Source: Candidatus Peregrinibacteria bacterium CG10_big_fil_rev_8_21_14_0_10_42_8 | GTDB taxonomy: Bacteria; Patescibacteriota; Gracilibacteria; Peribacterales; Peribacteraceae | Assembly (NCBI GenBank): GCA_002772815.1 | Contig: PFDQ01000041.1 | Location: 1-40,079 of the forward strand | Direction of reading: 5' to 3' | Length of the DNA: 40,079 nucleotides | In this document: positions 8,732-18,177 of the stretch, in pieces | Numbering within the stretch: the stretch's first letter is position 1 | Layout: each line of letters opens with the position of its first letter | The notes under the pieces: generated by a model | What the model was told of the DNA's origin: nothing | The model's input: the letters and a program-made list of their open reading frames with translations, nothing else | Database searches by the model: none | Program-made: the position numbers and the translations under genes

Positions 8732-9625
8732 ATGTCACTCCTCAAACCAGCCAAATTTTTTCTCGGCCTCTCATCAGCACTTGTTATAGTGAGCATTACT
8801 CTCTTTATTGTGCCAGGTCCACGCCTTAGTATCGATTTTACTGGTGGAACAATGATGGAAGTCCGCATTCCAGCAAATACAACAAAAGAGCAGTTTGAAG
8901 ATGCAATAAACACTTTTGAATCCGAAAAAGAGCTCGGTAATGTCACCCTAACCATGACAAAGGATAGCAGCGTGCTACTTCGAATGAGAGATATGAGTAA
9001 CGAGGAGCACATTGCACTCCAGCGTCACCTACAAACTGAACTTGGACAAATTAAGGAACTACAATTTACAACAATTGGACCGACAGTTGGAGCAACACTG
9101 AAGAAAAGGTCATTCTGGGCACTTGGAATCGCATCACTAGCTATTGTTCTCTACATTGCCTTTGTGTTCCGCAAAATCCCTCGCAAACTCAGTCCTTGGA
9201 GATTCGGTATCATTGCAGTGATTACCCTATTACATGATGTCATTATCACCATGGGTATCTTTGTTATCATTAGCCAAACAACAACCTTCGAGTTTGATAC
9301 GCTCTTTATTACAGCCCTTCTCACAATTCTTGGATATTCCGTAAACGATACTATTGTTATCTTCGACCGTATTCGTGATAATCTGGCTGACATTGGGCGA
9401 AAGGAAGACTTTGCAACTGTTGCAGACCGAAGTCTTAGTGATAGCGTTACACGCTCCATTAATACATCTGTATCCACTCTCATTATGCTTTGTAGCCTCT
9501 TTGTTCTCGGATCAGAGAGTATTCGATGGTTTGTACTAACGCTCATTGTAGGAAGCATTATTGGTACCTATTCATCACTCTTCCTTGCAACACCACTTCT
9601 CGTGTATTGGAAGAAAAAGGCATAA
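8732..9625 (+). CDS. secF: Protein translocase subunit SecF
   Basis: SIDFTGGT, TIGPTVG, LLHDV, LTILGYSVNDTIVIFDRIRDN, RSINTS, GTYSSLFLATP. Confidence 0.96.
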   Translation: MSLLKPAKFFLGLSSALVIVSITLFIVPGPRLSIDFTGGTMMEVRIPANTTKEQFEDAINTFESEKELGNVTLTMTKDSSVLLRMRDMSNEEHIALQRHLQTELGQIKELQFTTIGPTVGATLKKRSFWALGIASLAIVLYIAFVFRKIPRKLSPWRFGIIAVITLLHDVIITMGIFVIISQTTTFEFDTLFITALLTILGYSVNDTIVIFDRIRDNLADIGRKEDFATVADRSLSDSVTRSINTSVSTLIMLCSLFVLGSESIRWFVLTLIVGSIIGTYSSLFLATPLLVYWKKKA

Positions 9626-9630
9626 TCACT

Positions 9631-10908
9631 ATGACAAGCGCACCAATCATCAAACGGCTCAAAGGAGGACGAGTAGAATGTACTGTAACGTATACAGAGA
9701 CAGAGGTCGCACCAGCAGAAGAAAAAGCTCTTCACGAGCTTTCTCGCAATATTGAAATTCAAGGATTCCGCAAAGGAAACGCTCCAATGGATAAAGTTCG
9801 TGAAAAAGTAAATAGCGACAAGCTCTTTCAGCAGACAATTCACCACCTACTACCAACAACATTTGAGAAGATTGTCGAAACAGAGAATATCAAGCCAATC
9901 ATCCATCCTCGTGTAGAGGCTGTGAGCAAGTCTCCTCTTACCGTAAAAATAATCTTCATTGAAAAGCCAGAGGTAAAGCTAAAGGGTATCGATAAAATCA
10001 AAATTGAAAAGAAAGAGCCAAAAGCAGAAGAAAAAGAGGTGCAAAAAATGATTGATTACATCTTATCAAAACACAGAACTGTTACACCGGTAGATCGCGT
10101 CGCACAGTCTGGTGACGAAATAACCATGGATTTCTGGGGTTCAGATAAAGAAGGTAAAGAAATTGATGGCATTCGTACAGAAGGACACGTTGTAGAAATT
10201 GGTTCAAAAGTACTCATCCCAGGCTTTGAAGACGCTCTTATTGGAATGAAAAAAGGAGAGGAGAAAGAGTTCACACTCACCTTCCCTGAGAAGTATCACG
10301 CTGAACAACTACAAAACCAGCCTGTAACATTCCATGTTACCGTGAAGGACATTGCAGAGGTAAAGATGCCAGAACTCACTGACGAGTTTGCACAGAAAGA
10401 ACTACAGTCAAAAGACGTTGCTGATTTTAAGAAGCAAATCGAAGATTCTATGCTCCAACAGGAAATAACCCTAGAGCATCAGCGTCGCGAGCGTATTTTG
10501 ATGGATGAAATCGCAAAGTGTACATCTGTCGATCTTTCACAAGAGCTTATTGATGAAGAGACAAAACAAATGGTTGGTGAATTCTCTCAGCAGTTACAAC
10601 AACAAGGAATGACAATCGAGTCATGGATGACTCATAGTGGAAAAACTGCTGACCAGCTTATGGATGAAATGAAAGAACAAAGTATTACTCGTCTTAAGCT
10701 TCGTCTTGGTATGCAAAAGCTTATCGAAGAGAAGAAAATGGATATCTCTGACGAGGAAATGGATATGGTTATTGAAGACTTCCTTGCACAAGCAACTCCT
10801 GATCAAAAAGTAGAGGTAGAGGCAGCATACAAAAAAGGAGCACAGGCGTACGAGCAGCTAAAGTGGCAAAAAAACGTAGAGAAGGCTCTTGCAGAAATGT
10901 TGAAGTAA
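9631..10908 (+). CDS. tig: Trigger factor
   Basis: GFRKGNAP ribosome-binding motif; FKBP domain (LIPGFEDALIGMKKGEEKEFTLTFPEKYHA); start set at ATG 9631, after the secF stop. Confidence 0.96.
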   Translation: MTSAPIIKRLKGGRVECTVTYTETEVAPAEEKALHELSRNIEIQGFRKGNAPMDKVREKVNSDKLFQQTIHHLLPTTFEKIVETENIKPIIHPRVEAVSKSPLTVKIIFIEKPEVKLKGIDKIKIEKKEPKAEEKEVQKMIDYILSKHRTVTPVDRVAQSGDEITMDFWGSDKEGKEIDGIRTEGHVVEIGSKVLIPGFEDALIGMKKGEEKEFTLTFPEKYHAEQLQNQPVTFHVTVKDIAEVKMPELTDEFAQKELQSKDVADFKKQIEDSMLQQEITLEHQRRERILMDEIAKCTSVDLSQELIDEETKQMVGEFSQQLQQQGMTIESWMTHSGKTADQLMDEMKEQSITRLKLRLGMQKLIEEKKMDISDEEMDMVIEDFLAQATPDQKVEVEAAYKKGAQAYEQLKWQKNVEKALAEMLK

Positions 10909-12819
10909 TTACGATTTCCACTCTACATGTACCCGACGATCCGGATTGGTATTCTGGAACATTTTACAATGACTGCGGTGTACCATTACCTCGCCTGATC
11001 GGTTGATGTTACCCACAATATTTTCCGCTCCATCCTGAGGAGTACAACACTTTGCATATCGTAAAGGCATACTAAAGTTTCCTTCAACCTGAATTTGAGA
11101 ATCCTTGCGTTGCATACGACCAACGCATTCATCATTCTTTTCTTTCTTAGGTGGCTTAATTCCAAAACCAGTATCAATATGCGATAACGCATCAAGACGT
11201 GAAAGTAGTGTGGAACCGCGCTCAGCGCCTTGTCCTATCTTCATTAATATATCTTCCCTTTGATGAAGATTCAGAGTCTCTCCGTCACATTTCCTTAGCA
11301 AAGATAAGTCTGTTGTGAGAGGTGGCAGATTTCTTTTGCGTAAATCCTCATTCACATATTCCCTCCCAAGAGCGATAAGCTGTGGACGCTCCTGTGCATA
11401 CAAATACCGACGAAGCTTACTTCGTGACGATGCCATACGAAGAAGTTGCATCCAATGAGTGGATGGCTGAGGAGTTGAGTGCTTCTGTACATCGACAACA
11501 TCGCCATTCTCAAGCTCGTAATCAAGCGAGACAATAGAGCCATTAACTTTTGCACTACGGAACGATAGACCCAAATCTGTATGAATCTGAAATGCAAAAT
11601 CGAGTGGTGTCGCATTTTCTGGAAGCTCCACAATATCACCACAAGGTGTCAAAACGAAAATGTGATCTGAAAACGACTGTTCCTCTTCATCATACACTGC
11701 TTCTTGCCCAATAAGAACAGACCGAAGCTGAAGCCTTTCCATGGCTCGTTCAGTTGCCCCATGCTCTTTATAACTCCAATGGGCAGCAACACCATACTGA
11801 GCTTTTCTATTCATTTTTTCTGTTCGTACCTGAATTTCAAGAAAACACCCCTCAGGCAAATCTGCAAAACCTGCAAGTGTTGTATGCAAACTCTGATAAC
11901 CATTCGGTTTTGGGAAAGCAATATAATCCTTAAACCTATTCGTAAGCGGTCGACCAAGCTGATGAAGCAAGCCAAGTACTTGGTAACATTCAGCCTCTGT
12001 ATTCACAACAACTCGTAATGAAAAAAGGTCATGAACATTATCAATATGTGTTAATGACTTTGTATTCATCTTCTGAAAAATACTAAAGAGTTGCTTCTCA
12101 CGACCATCAACGACTGCGTGAATATTATGAAATTTCAAAAAATCTTCGACAGCTTTTTGCGCCTTACTTAAAAAGTACGGATGTTCTATATGGACATGCT
12201 CCAACTGCTCGGCAATACGCCCTGCATCATCAGGGTACACAAAAGGGAATGTCGATGTTTCCAATTTCTGTTTTAAGGAATAAATACCAAGTCGTGCAGC
12301 AACTGGTGCAAATAACTGTAATACATCCTGACTCAATCGTTTTGCGTACTCAGTATTCATCGTACCTAAAAACTGTAAACATCGTGCGCGGTCACACAAC
12401 GTCACAAGCAAGATACGAATATCATCCGATACAGAGAGAAGCATAAGTCGAAGATCCTCAATAGACCGCCTCCTTCCTTCAAGGGTGACATGTGATAACA
12501 AGTGAATTCCACTCACAAGGCCACGTACCTTTGGACCAAATTGGTCTTCAAGTTCAAGAAGTGTCATAATCTTCATCTCAAGGACATGAGACAAGATCGT
12601 AGCAATAACAGTATCTTCATCTGGCTGAAATAGTGCAAGTTCTTCAAGAATACCAAGAACATGAGGAAGAACACTTTCCCCTGTCCAATGTTTCGTATCT
12701 CCATAGAAATCTTCAACAATAGCAAAAGCCTGCTCTATACGCTTCGTGTCATACGATGCTCCGGACTGAGCGAGTCGGTCTAAGACTGGCGCCAACTGAA
12801 GTGAGGCAACGGTGCTCAT
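10909..12819 (-). CDS. rel: Long RelA/SpoT homologue, (p)ppGpp synthetase with degenerate hydrolase motif and no ACT domain
   Basis: Synthetase motifs RFKDYIAFPKPNGYQSLHT, EIQVRT, AAHWSYKE; TGS (TPLDFAFQIHTDLG); Zn-finger region AKCCTP..HRSHC; the HD site reads ILSHVLEM. Confidence 0.92.
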   Translation of the reverse strand: MSTVASLQLAPVLDRLAQSGASYDTKRIEQAFAIVEDFYGDTKHWTGESVLPHVLGILEELALFQPDEDTVIATILSHVLEMKIMTLLELEDQFGPKVRGLVSGIHLLSHVTLEGRRRSIEDLRLMLLSVSDDIRILLVTLCDRARCLQFLGTMNTEYAKRLSQDVLQLFAPVAARLGIYSLKQKLETSTFPFVYPDDAGRIAEQLEHVHIEHPYFLSKAQKAVEDFLKFHNIHAVVDGREKQLFSIFQKMNTKSLTHIDNVHDLFSLRVVVNTEAECYQVLGLLHQLGRPLTNRFKDYIAFPKPNGYQSLHTTLAGFADLPEGCFLEIQVRTEKMNRKAQYGVAAHWSYKEHGATERAMERLQLRSVLIGQEAVYDEEEQSFSDHIFVLTPCGDIVELPENATPLDFAFQIHTDLGLSFRSAKVNGSIVSLDYELENGDVVDVQKHSTPQPSTHWMQLLRMASSRSKLRRYLYAQERPQLIALGREYVNEDLRKRNLPPLTTDLSLLRKCDGETLNLHQREDILMKIGQGAERGSTLLSRLDALSHIDTGFGIKPPKKEKNDECVGRMQRKDSQIQVEGNFSMPLRYAKCCTPQDGAENIVGNINRSGEVMVHRSHCKMFQNTNPDRRVHVEWKS

Positions 12820-12917
12820 TATGAAAATATCATACGACGAAGAGAGGTTCTACACTAGGGCTATCGATCACATTTTTTGGCCTAAATAAGCCAATATTAG
12901 CCAGTTTTAGCGACAAA

Positions 12918-13361
12918 TCAACGGTCTAAAACAAGAGTGACAGGACCATCATTTATAAGACTAACGTCCATGTATGCTCCAAACTCACCTGTTTTTACTG
13001 TTAAGACATCATACTCAGAAAGCTTTCGAACAAAGTATTCATACAGAATCATGGCATCAGAAGGCGCTTCTGCAGCACTGTAATCTGGTCTATTCCCCTT
13101 TTTGGTACTTCCTGCAAGAGTGAACTGTGATACAACCAAGATTTCACCCTTAATATCAACAATTGAATTGTCATTAATTTTCCCAGATTCCGAATCAAAT
13201 AAGCGTAATTTCGCAATTTTCTCTGCCAGCAGGGCAGCCTGCGCAGATGTATCTCCGCGTATAATGCCAATAAACAGCACGTATCCCTTGCCTATCTGTC
13301 CAATGATTTCTCCGTCGACTGCAACAGAAGCTTCAGTAACTTTTTGAAGGAGGACTTTCAT
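12918..13361 (-). CDS. dtd: D-aminoacyl-tRNA deacylase
   Basis: LLQKVTEASV, SQFTL, GNRPDYS, GEFGAYM, NDGPVT. Confidence 0.97.
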   Translation of the reverse strand: MKVLLQKVTEASVAVDGEIIGQIGKGYVLFIGIIRGDTSAQAALLAEKIAKLRLFDSESGKINDNSIVDIKGEILVVSQFTLAGSTKKGNRPDYSAAEAPSDAMILYEYFVRKLSEYDVLTVKTGEFGAYMDVSLINDGPVTLVLDR

Positions 13362-13388
13362 ACTGCAATTCTATACTAAATCATGCTA

Positions 13389-16300
13389 TTACTCATCTTT
13401 TCTCAATCCTATCATATTCTGTATTCTCGTTCTTTGTGCAGCTCCCTGTAAAGCAGTAACAGCATTCCAACCACGTATCCCAGGTATAACACCTCTTTCA
13501 GACCAACTTCTAATTTGAGCAGGCTGGCCAGTATTCATACTCTCACCAGGACTAGAGAAATAATTCAAATAATTCGAATCCCAAGACCGACCATTAGATC
13601 TCTCAATAAAAGAAATCCCTGGAGCTACTGGAATATGGAAATGATACAAAAGATCATCGAAATTAGCTGGCTTCATTTTAGGAAGAAGATCATCTGCATT
13701 CTCATGAAAGTCTTTCAAGAAACGTGAAATACCTTCGTGATCTTTACCATCAAAATATACACAAAGCTTATTAGAGCTTCTTACTGATGGGTTGGTTACC
13801 TCTGGTCCAATGGAATCTGTATAAATTTTTATTTGAGCATTCTGATTTTTCAACATGTTATCAAGAGAGCGAGCAACATGAGGTATTTCTGCAAGCTGAG
13901 GATTGATATAAAAAACAGTGTGAGGATGATTGGAATCGAGAGTATTCAGACCATTACCATAGTCTAACACTGCGCCACCATTATGAAATCCTCCATCTTT
14001 TCCATGTAAAGAAGGATCTTTTGTAAAATTCTTAAAAAAGGTTACCGCTTCTGCATCAGTCGAGTATGGCATCTTTTTTTCACCAAATTTTTTCTGATAA
14101 TCTGTTTCTATGGCAGTAACTCTCTTATTGTATGCATCTTTTTGGGAAAAAAGATCATGATATTCCATTCCTGAAAGATCTTTGCGTACTTCTGTATAAC
14201 TTCGATCTGAAAATTGATCAAGTAGTGAAAAATCTTGAAAAGATGTCTTAGCTTCAGGAATATTTTTTAGTGTAGGTCGTAAAGGTGGCGTTATCGGCGG
14301 GGCACCTTTTGGTATGGTAACACCAGAGGGATTATTTTTAGAGGGAGGTTTATGAGGTGGTGATGGAGATGGTAGTATTCCTACAATACCAGCCTCCATA
14401 AGCACACGACGCTGATCTTTGGAAATGCCTGCTTTATCTAATATCACTGCCTTACGATGCAATTGCTCCACTGTATAATTTCCTTTGCAAGCAGGTGTAC
14501 CGTCTTTACCCATTTCCCCCTCTCCTACAAGATGCGCTTCCTCAATAGCATTATGTTGATCTTTCGACAATGATGTACCAGGTTCCAACGTACCCTTCTG
14601 TTGTAAAATTTGCTCCACAGACAATGACTGTAACGATGTCTTAAAGACATCTTTCAGTTCTTGTAAACTTGCTACGTTCTTCAAAATTGCATCTGCATCA
14701 GCTTTCGAGAGTGCTCCCAGCATGGCTCGAGGGTCTACCGCCTGCATTAATGCCATCGGATCAATATCCGCTCCTCTACAAAGCTCATGAAGATTAGTAC
14801 GCTTCAGTGTTGCACTCTGTACAACCTGTGCAATGCCATGCAGATCTTCCGCTGGAAGGCCGCGTAATGCGCGCAAGGAAGCACTAGATAAGTCTGCATA
14901 TCCAAGACCCATAAACAGTGCATTACTTTTGAGGTTATCTAAAAATTCTCCTCCTGTAATAGCAGTATCGAGAGTCGTACCAATAATGACATCTGCACTG
15001 CCTTCTAGTGTTGCACCTGTGAGTCTTGTTCCTATATGTGCTGCATCATCAAAAGAATTCACCAACCTTAGTCCACCTTTTTTGGTAGCTATTTTAAACA
15101 ATTCGCGCGTACCACCAGCTTCGGCAAGCATACCAGACCGGCTGAGCTGATACGCAGCACGACCAGCAGTAAGGTATCGTGCAGTACCCATCGTTAGTGT
15201 ATTTACTGTCATATCTTTCCCGTACACACTTGCAGCATCACCCAAAGAATCAAAACCTTGTTGATTCATGGCAGCATTGGTAACAGTCATTGCTGCTCCA
15301 CCAGCAAGGGAACCTGCGACAAGACCAAGTCCACCTGTTGCCACTCCTACAGCAATACCCGCTGCAACCATTGCCGCAATTTTTGCCCCCGCCCCTACGT
15401 AACTCCACGTCTTATCGCCAACGTCATACCCATATCCCTGAATATCAGCCAATAATTGCCATGATTCAATCTGCTGCTTTGAAAGACCTTTACCACCAAC
15501 AGAAGTATTAATTTCTTCTAGTGTTGCTGCACCCGTTAAATAGTCTCCATCCAGAAACGTTTCAAACTTCTCCATAGCTACTTCTAGTTGCGGCATCAGT
15601 TTTTCATTGATCTCTTCTCCAACATTTGGATAACCTTCTCCTCCCATAAACATGTGTTCAAGATTACGTATAATAGTATATTGTTGGATAATTGCCTGAA
15701 GAGAATGTGGCGTGCTCTTTATGGTAGATTCCATCTCTTGAACAGCTGGATGTTCATGAAGCCCTGGACTGTTTTCCAATTGTTGTAATACATAATCACG
15801 TTTCTCATCTATATACTCTTTCAGTGGGTTCTGTTTTTGCAATGTCTGCTCCATGTATTGCAAAGTAAGTTCCTCAAACCCCAATGCATCCTTTGCCATA
15901 CTCACGGCAAAATCAATATTGGTAAGATTACTATCAATCGGGCTTCCTCTCCCCGAGAATAGCTTCGCAAGATCCATAGCATGTCGATAGAAATCTGGTG
16001 CCTTTGTAGGATCCTGAACAAGAAGTGTTTTCTCTTGGGCAATTTTACCCGAAAGAGATTGCTGTAATGTATTAGTAAGAACTCCAAATGTTTCTGCAAG
16101 GCCTTTGCTTTGCCAATCATTCATATCAATCATAGCAAGAACTTGCTTCGTCCAATCTACTGCTTCTTCCAGGGTCATATGTGTCATTGTTTTCTGCGCC
16201 TGTTCAACAGCCATTGTTGCACTACGCAATTCGACATTTTCCATTTCCTCATCGGCACTACTCACAAGCTCTGTTAACCGACTGCGGCGATCAACGTACA

Positions 16301-16709
16301 ACAATCGTAACTTTTCATACTCCCGACTCTCTGGTGACATCTGCTCTAGTACTATTGCCATTGCGTCTAAATTACTACTTACCGCACTCGCTGCGTTTTG
16401 AAGTATACGCTTTTCTTTCGCTGTTTCATCGGCACTATCTCCGAACCACTCATCACTATCTTTCATTTCTGTAAGAATATTCTCTAAGCACGACACATAC
16501 CCCAAAGATGTACCAACACTACTAAACCTATTTTCGATATTGTCTACTGAAGTATTTGCTGCACGCTTTTCATTATTAATGTACGAAGAATACACCTCTC
16601 GCAATTTTGTGGATTCTACACTTGCCTCAGAAGGAGGTTTTTTTTCTCCTGATTTATCGACATTAATTGCTTCAGGACTACCCTGTGATGACAAATGCTC
16701 TAATCCCAT
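13389..16709 (-). CDS. Large orphan protein: coiled coil, Gly/Ala hydrophobic hairpin, Pro-rich linker, C-terminal HopA1-like domain
   Basis: 1106-aa ORF; AAMVAAGIAVGVATGGLGLVAGSLAGGAAM hydrophobic segment; PSPSPPHKPP..PPITPP linker; C-terminal FYINP..IKIY..RSSNKLCVYFD..FHIPVAPGISFIE..GRSW. Confidence 0.8.
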   Translation of the reverse strand: MGLEHLSSQGSPEAINVDKSGEKKPPSEASVESTKLREVYSSYINNEKRAANTSVDNIENRFSSVGTSLGYVSCLENILTEMKDSDEWFGDSADETAKEKRILQNAASAVSSNLDAMAIVLEQMSPESREYEKLRLLYVDRRSRLTELVSSADEEMENVELRSATMAVEQAQKTMTHMTLEEAVDWTKQVLAMIDMNDWQSKGLAETFGVLTNTLQQSLSGKIAQEKTLLVQDPTKAPDFYRHAMDLAKLFSGRGSPIDSNLTNIDFAVSMAKDALGFEELTLQYMEQTLQKQNPLKEYIDEKRDYVLQQLENSPGLHEHPAVQEMESTIKSTPHSLQAIIQQYTIIRNLEHMFMGGEGYPNVGEEINEKLMPQLEVAMEKFETFLDGDYLTGAATLEEINTSVGGKGLSKQQIESWQLLADIQGYGYDVGDKTWSYVGAGAKIAAMVAAGIAVGVATGGLGLVAGSLAGGAAMTVTNAAMNQQGFDSLGDAASVYGKDMTVNTLTMGTARYLTAGRAAYQLSRSGMLAEAGGTRELFKIATKKGGLRLVNSFDDAAHIGTRLTGATLEGSADVIIGTTLDTAITGGEFLDNLKSNALFMGLGYADLSSASLRALRGLPAEDLHGIAQVVQSATLKRTNLHELCRGADIDPMALMQAVDPRAMLGALSKADADAILKNVASLQELKDVFKTSLQSLSVEQILQQKGTLEPGTSLSKDQHNAIEEAHLVGEGEMGKDGTPACKGNYTVEQLHRKAVILDKAGISKDQRRVLMEAGIVGILPSPSPPHKPPSKNNPSGVTIPKGAPPITPPLRPTLKNIPEAKTSFQDFSLLDQFSDRSYTEVRKDLSGMEYHDLFSQKDAYNKRVTAIETDYQKKFGEKKMPYSTDAEAVTFFKNFTKDPSLHGKDGGFHNGGAVLDYGNGLNTLDSNHPHTVFYINPQLAEIPHVARSLDNMLKNQNAQIKIYTDSIGPEVTNPSVRSSNKLCVYFDGKDHEGISRFLKDFHENADDLLPKMKPANFDDLLYHFHIPVAPGISFIERSNGRSWDSNYLNYFSSPGESMNTGQPAQIRSWSERGVIPGIRGWNAVTALQGAAQRTRIQNMIGLRKDE

Positions 16710-16808
16710 ATTTTGTGTTTATTTTGATATATCACATCATGATAGCATATTTCCTTCACATTGTTAATGTGCAAATTAAGAACAACTACCAAAATATAAG
16801 CCATTTTC

Positions 16809-16836
16809 TTGACCTGAGCATGTATATGAATAGAAT
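16809..16836 (+). promoter_or_regulatory. Promoter of rplJL
   Basis: TTGACC(16809-14)-16 nt-TAGAAT(16831-36), directly before the leader. Confidence 0.6.
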
Positions 16837-16841
16837 TGCAC

Positions 16842-16981
16842 ACGACCGAAGACCGAGAGCACAGGGCTGATGGCCTTAAATTAGTCTCTCCGAGGTATAC
16901 AGCATCGTCCACTCGGCTTACGCTTGGTGAATCGTGTCGTGTACCTTGCTGGTCTCCCGGTCGTCCAGGAGACTTTTTTTT
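16842..16981 (+). promoter_or_regulatory. Ribosomal protein L10 leader with attenuator-type terminator
   Basis: CCGAAGACCG..GGCCTTAAA..CTCCGAGGTA core typical of L10 leaders, directly 5' of rplJ; terminator GTCTCC(16952-57)..GGAGAC(16968-73) followed by T8. Confidence 0.85.
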
Positions 16982-17007
16982 AACCCAAATCATTCCAGAC
17001 CACTATC

Positions 17008-17634
17008 ATGGCACTTACGAAAGATCAAAAAATCGACCAAGTAGCAAAGCTCACAGCTCAACTAAAAGATGCACAATCTGTCATGTTCAGTAACTATATT
17101 GGAATGAACGTTGCAGATGTTTCAGAATTCCGAAACAAGCTACGCGAAGGAAATTCTGAAATGAAAGTAGCAAAAAAGACGCTTATCCAGCGTGCATGTA
17201 AAGAGGCTGGTTACCCAGATATTTCACCAGACGACCTTGAAGGACCAGTTGCATGTATCTTCAGCTTTGAAGATCCACTATCTGGAGCACAAATTGCTTT
17301 CAAGTTTGCAAAGAAGCACAAGCAAGTCGTTCTTGTCGGAGGTGTATATGACGGAAAGATTCTTTCAAAAGAAGAAGCATTGGAGCTCGCAAAGATGCCA
17401 AGCCGAGACCAACTTCTTGCGAAGTTTGTTTCTATGCTACAAGCACCGCTCAACAGCTTTGCAAGCATCTGTACTTCTCCACTTGGAGGATTCGCACGTG
17501 CTCTTGACCAGATGGCTGAAAAAGGAGGATTTGTAAAAGATGAACCACAACCTGAAGCTGCACCTGCAGCGGAAGAAGTTAGTACTACTCCTGACGCTCC
17601 TGAAGAGGAAAAGAAGGAAGAGTCAGAATCCTAA
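17008..17634 (+). CDS. rplJ: 50S ribosomal protein L10 with an acidic C-terminal tail
   Basis: KVAKKTL, LEGPVACIFSFEDP, LAKMPSRDQLLA; tail EPQPEAAPAAEE... Confidence 0.97.
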   Translation: MALTKDQKIDQVAKLTAQLKDAQSVMFSNYIGMNVADVSEFRNKLREGNSEMKVAKKTLIQRACKEAGYPDISPDDLEGPVACIFSFEDPLSGAQIAFKFAKKHKQVVLVGGVYDGKILSKEEALELAKMPSRDQLLAKFVSMLQAPLNSFASICTSPLGGFARALDQMAEKGGFVKDEPQPEAAPAAEEVSTTPDAPEEEKKEESES

Positions 17635-17664
17635 TTTGTTTTTATTTCTATTCCCCTAATCCAC

Positions 17665-18078
17665 ATGGCTGACGATACAGCAACAACCGTAAAACTCTCT
17701 AAGGAAGAGCAGTCAGTAATCGACGCAGTCGAGAAGCTGAACGTTGTACAGTTGAACAACGTCGTAAAATTCATGGAGGAAGAGTACGGCATTTCTGCAG
17801 CTGCTCCGGTCGCTGTGGCAGCAGGCGCCCCAGCAGGAGCTGGTGACGAAGGCGGTGCGGCTGAAAAGAGCAACTTCGATGTTGAACTCACCTCTGCGGG
17901 AGACCAAAAGATCGCTGTTATTAAAGCGGTTCGAGAAATCACTGGTCTTGCACTCGGCGAAGCTAAAGCAATGGTTGATGGAGCACCAAAGGTAATCAAA
18001 GAAGGTGTACCAAAAGACGATGCTGAAACGCTGAAGAAGCAACTTGAAGACGCTGGAGCAACAGTTACGCTCAAATAA
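17665..18078 (+). CDS. rplL: 50S ribosomal protein L7/L12
   Basis: [44 protein letters not shown]. Confidence 0.98.
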   Translation: MADDTATTVKLSKEEQSVIDAVEKLNVVQLNNVVKFMEEEYGISAAAPVAVAAGAPAGAGDEGGAAEKSNFDVELTSAGDQKIAVIKAVREITGLALGEAKAMVDGAPKVIKEGVPKDDAETLKKQLEDAGATVTLK

Positions 18079-18100
18079 TTACGGTATAGAAATACGATAC

Positions 18101-18129
18101 AGAGCTGCATAATATGCAGCTCTTTCGTT
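18101..18129 (+). terminator. Terminator after rplL
   Basis: Perfect 10-bp stem AGAGCTGCAT-AAT-ATGCAGCTCT followed by TTCGTT. Confidence 0.7.
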
Positions 18130-18177
18130 ATGCATAGAGTTTCGTCTACAATAGGCCTAACCCTCCCCTCTTCTATT

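Noticed and set aside
12918-12920. Alternative genetic code (TGA as Gly, as in Gracilibacteria)
   Set aside because: Long genes are uninterrupted under code 11 and dtd ends at TGA at its normal C-terminus.
13362-13388. Immunity gene after the 1106-aa protein
   Set aside because: Only 27 nt separate it from dtd, a housekeeping gene with its own -10 element.
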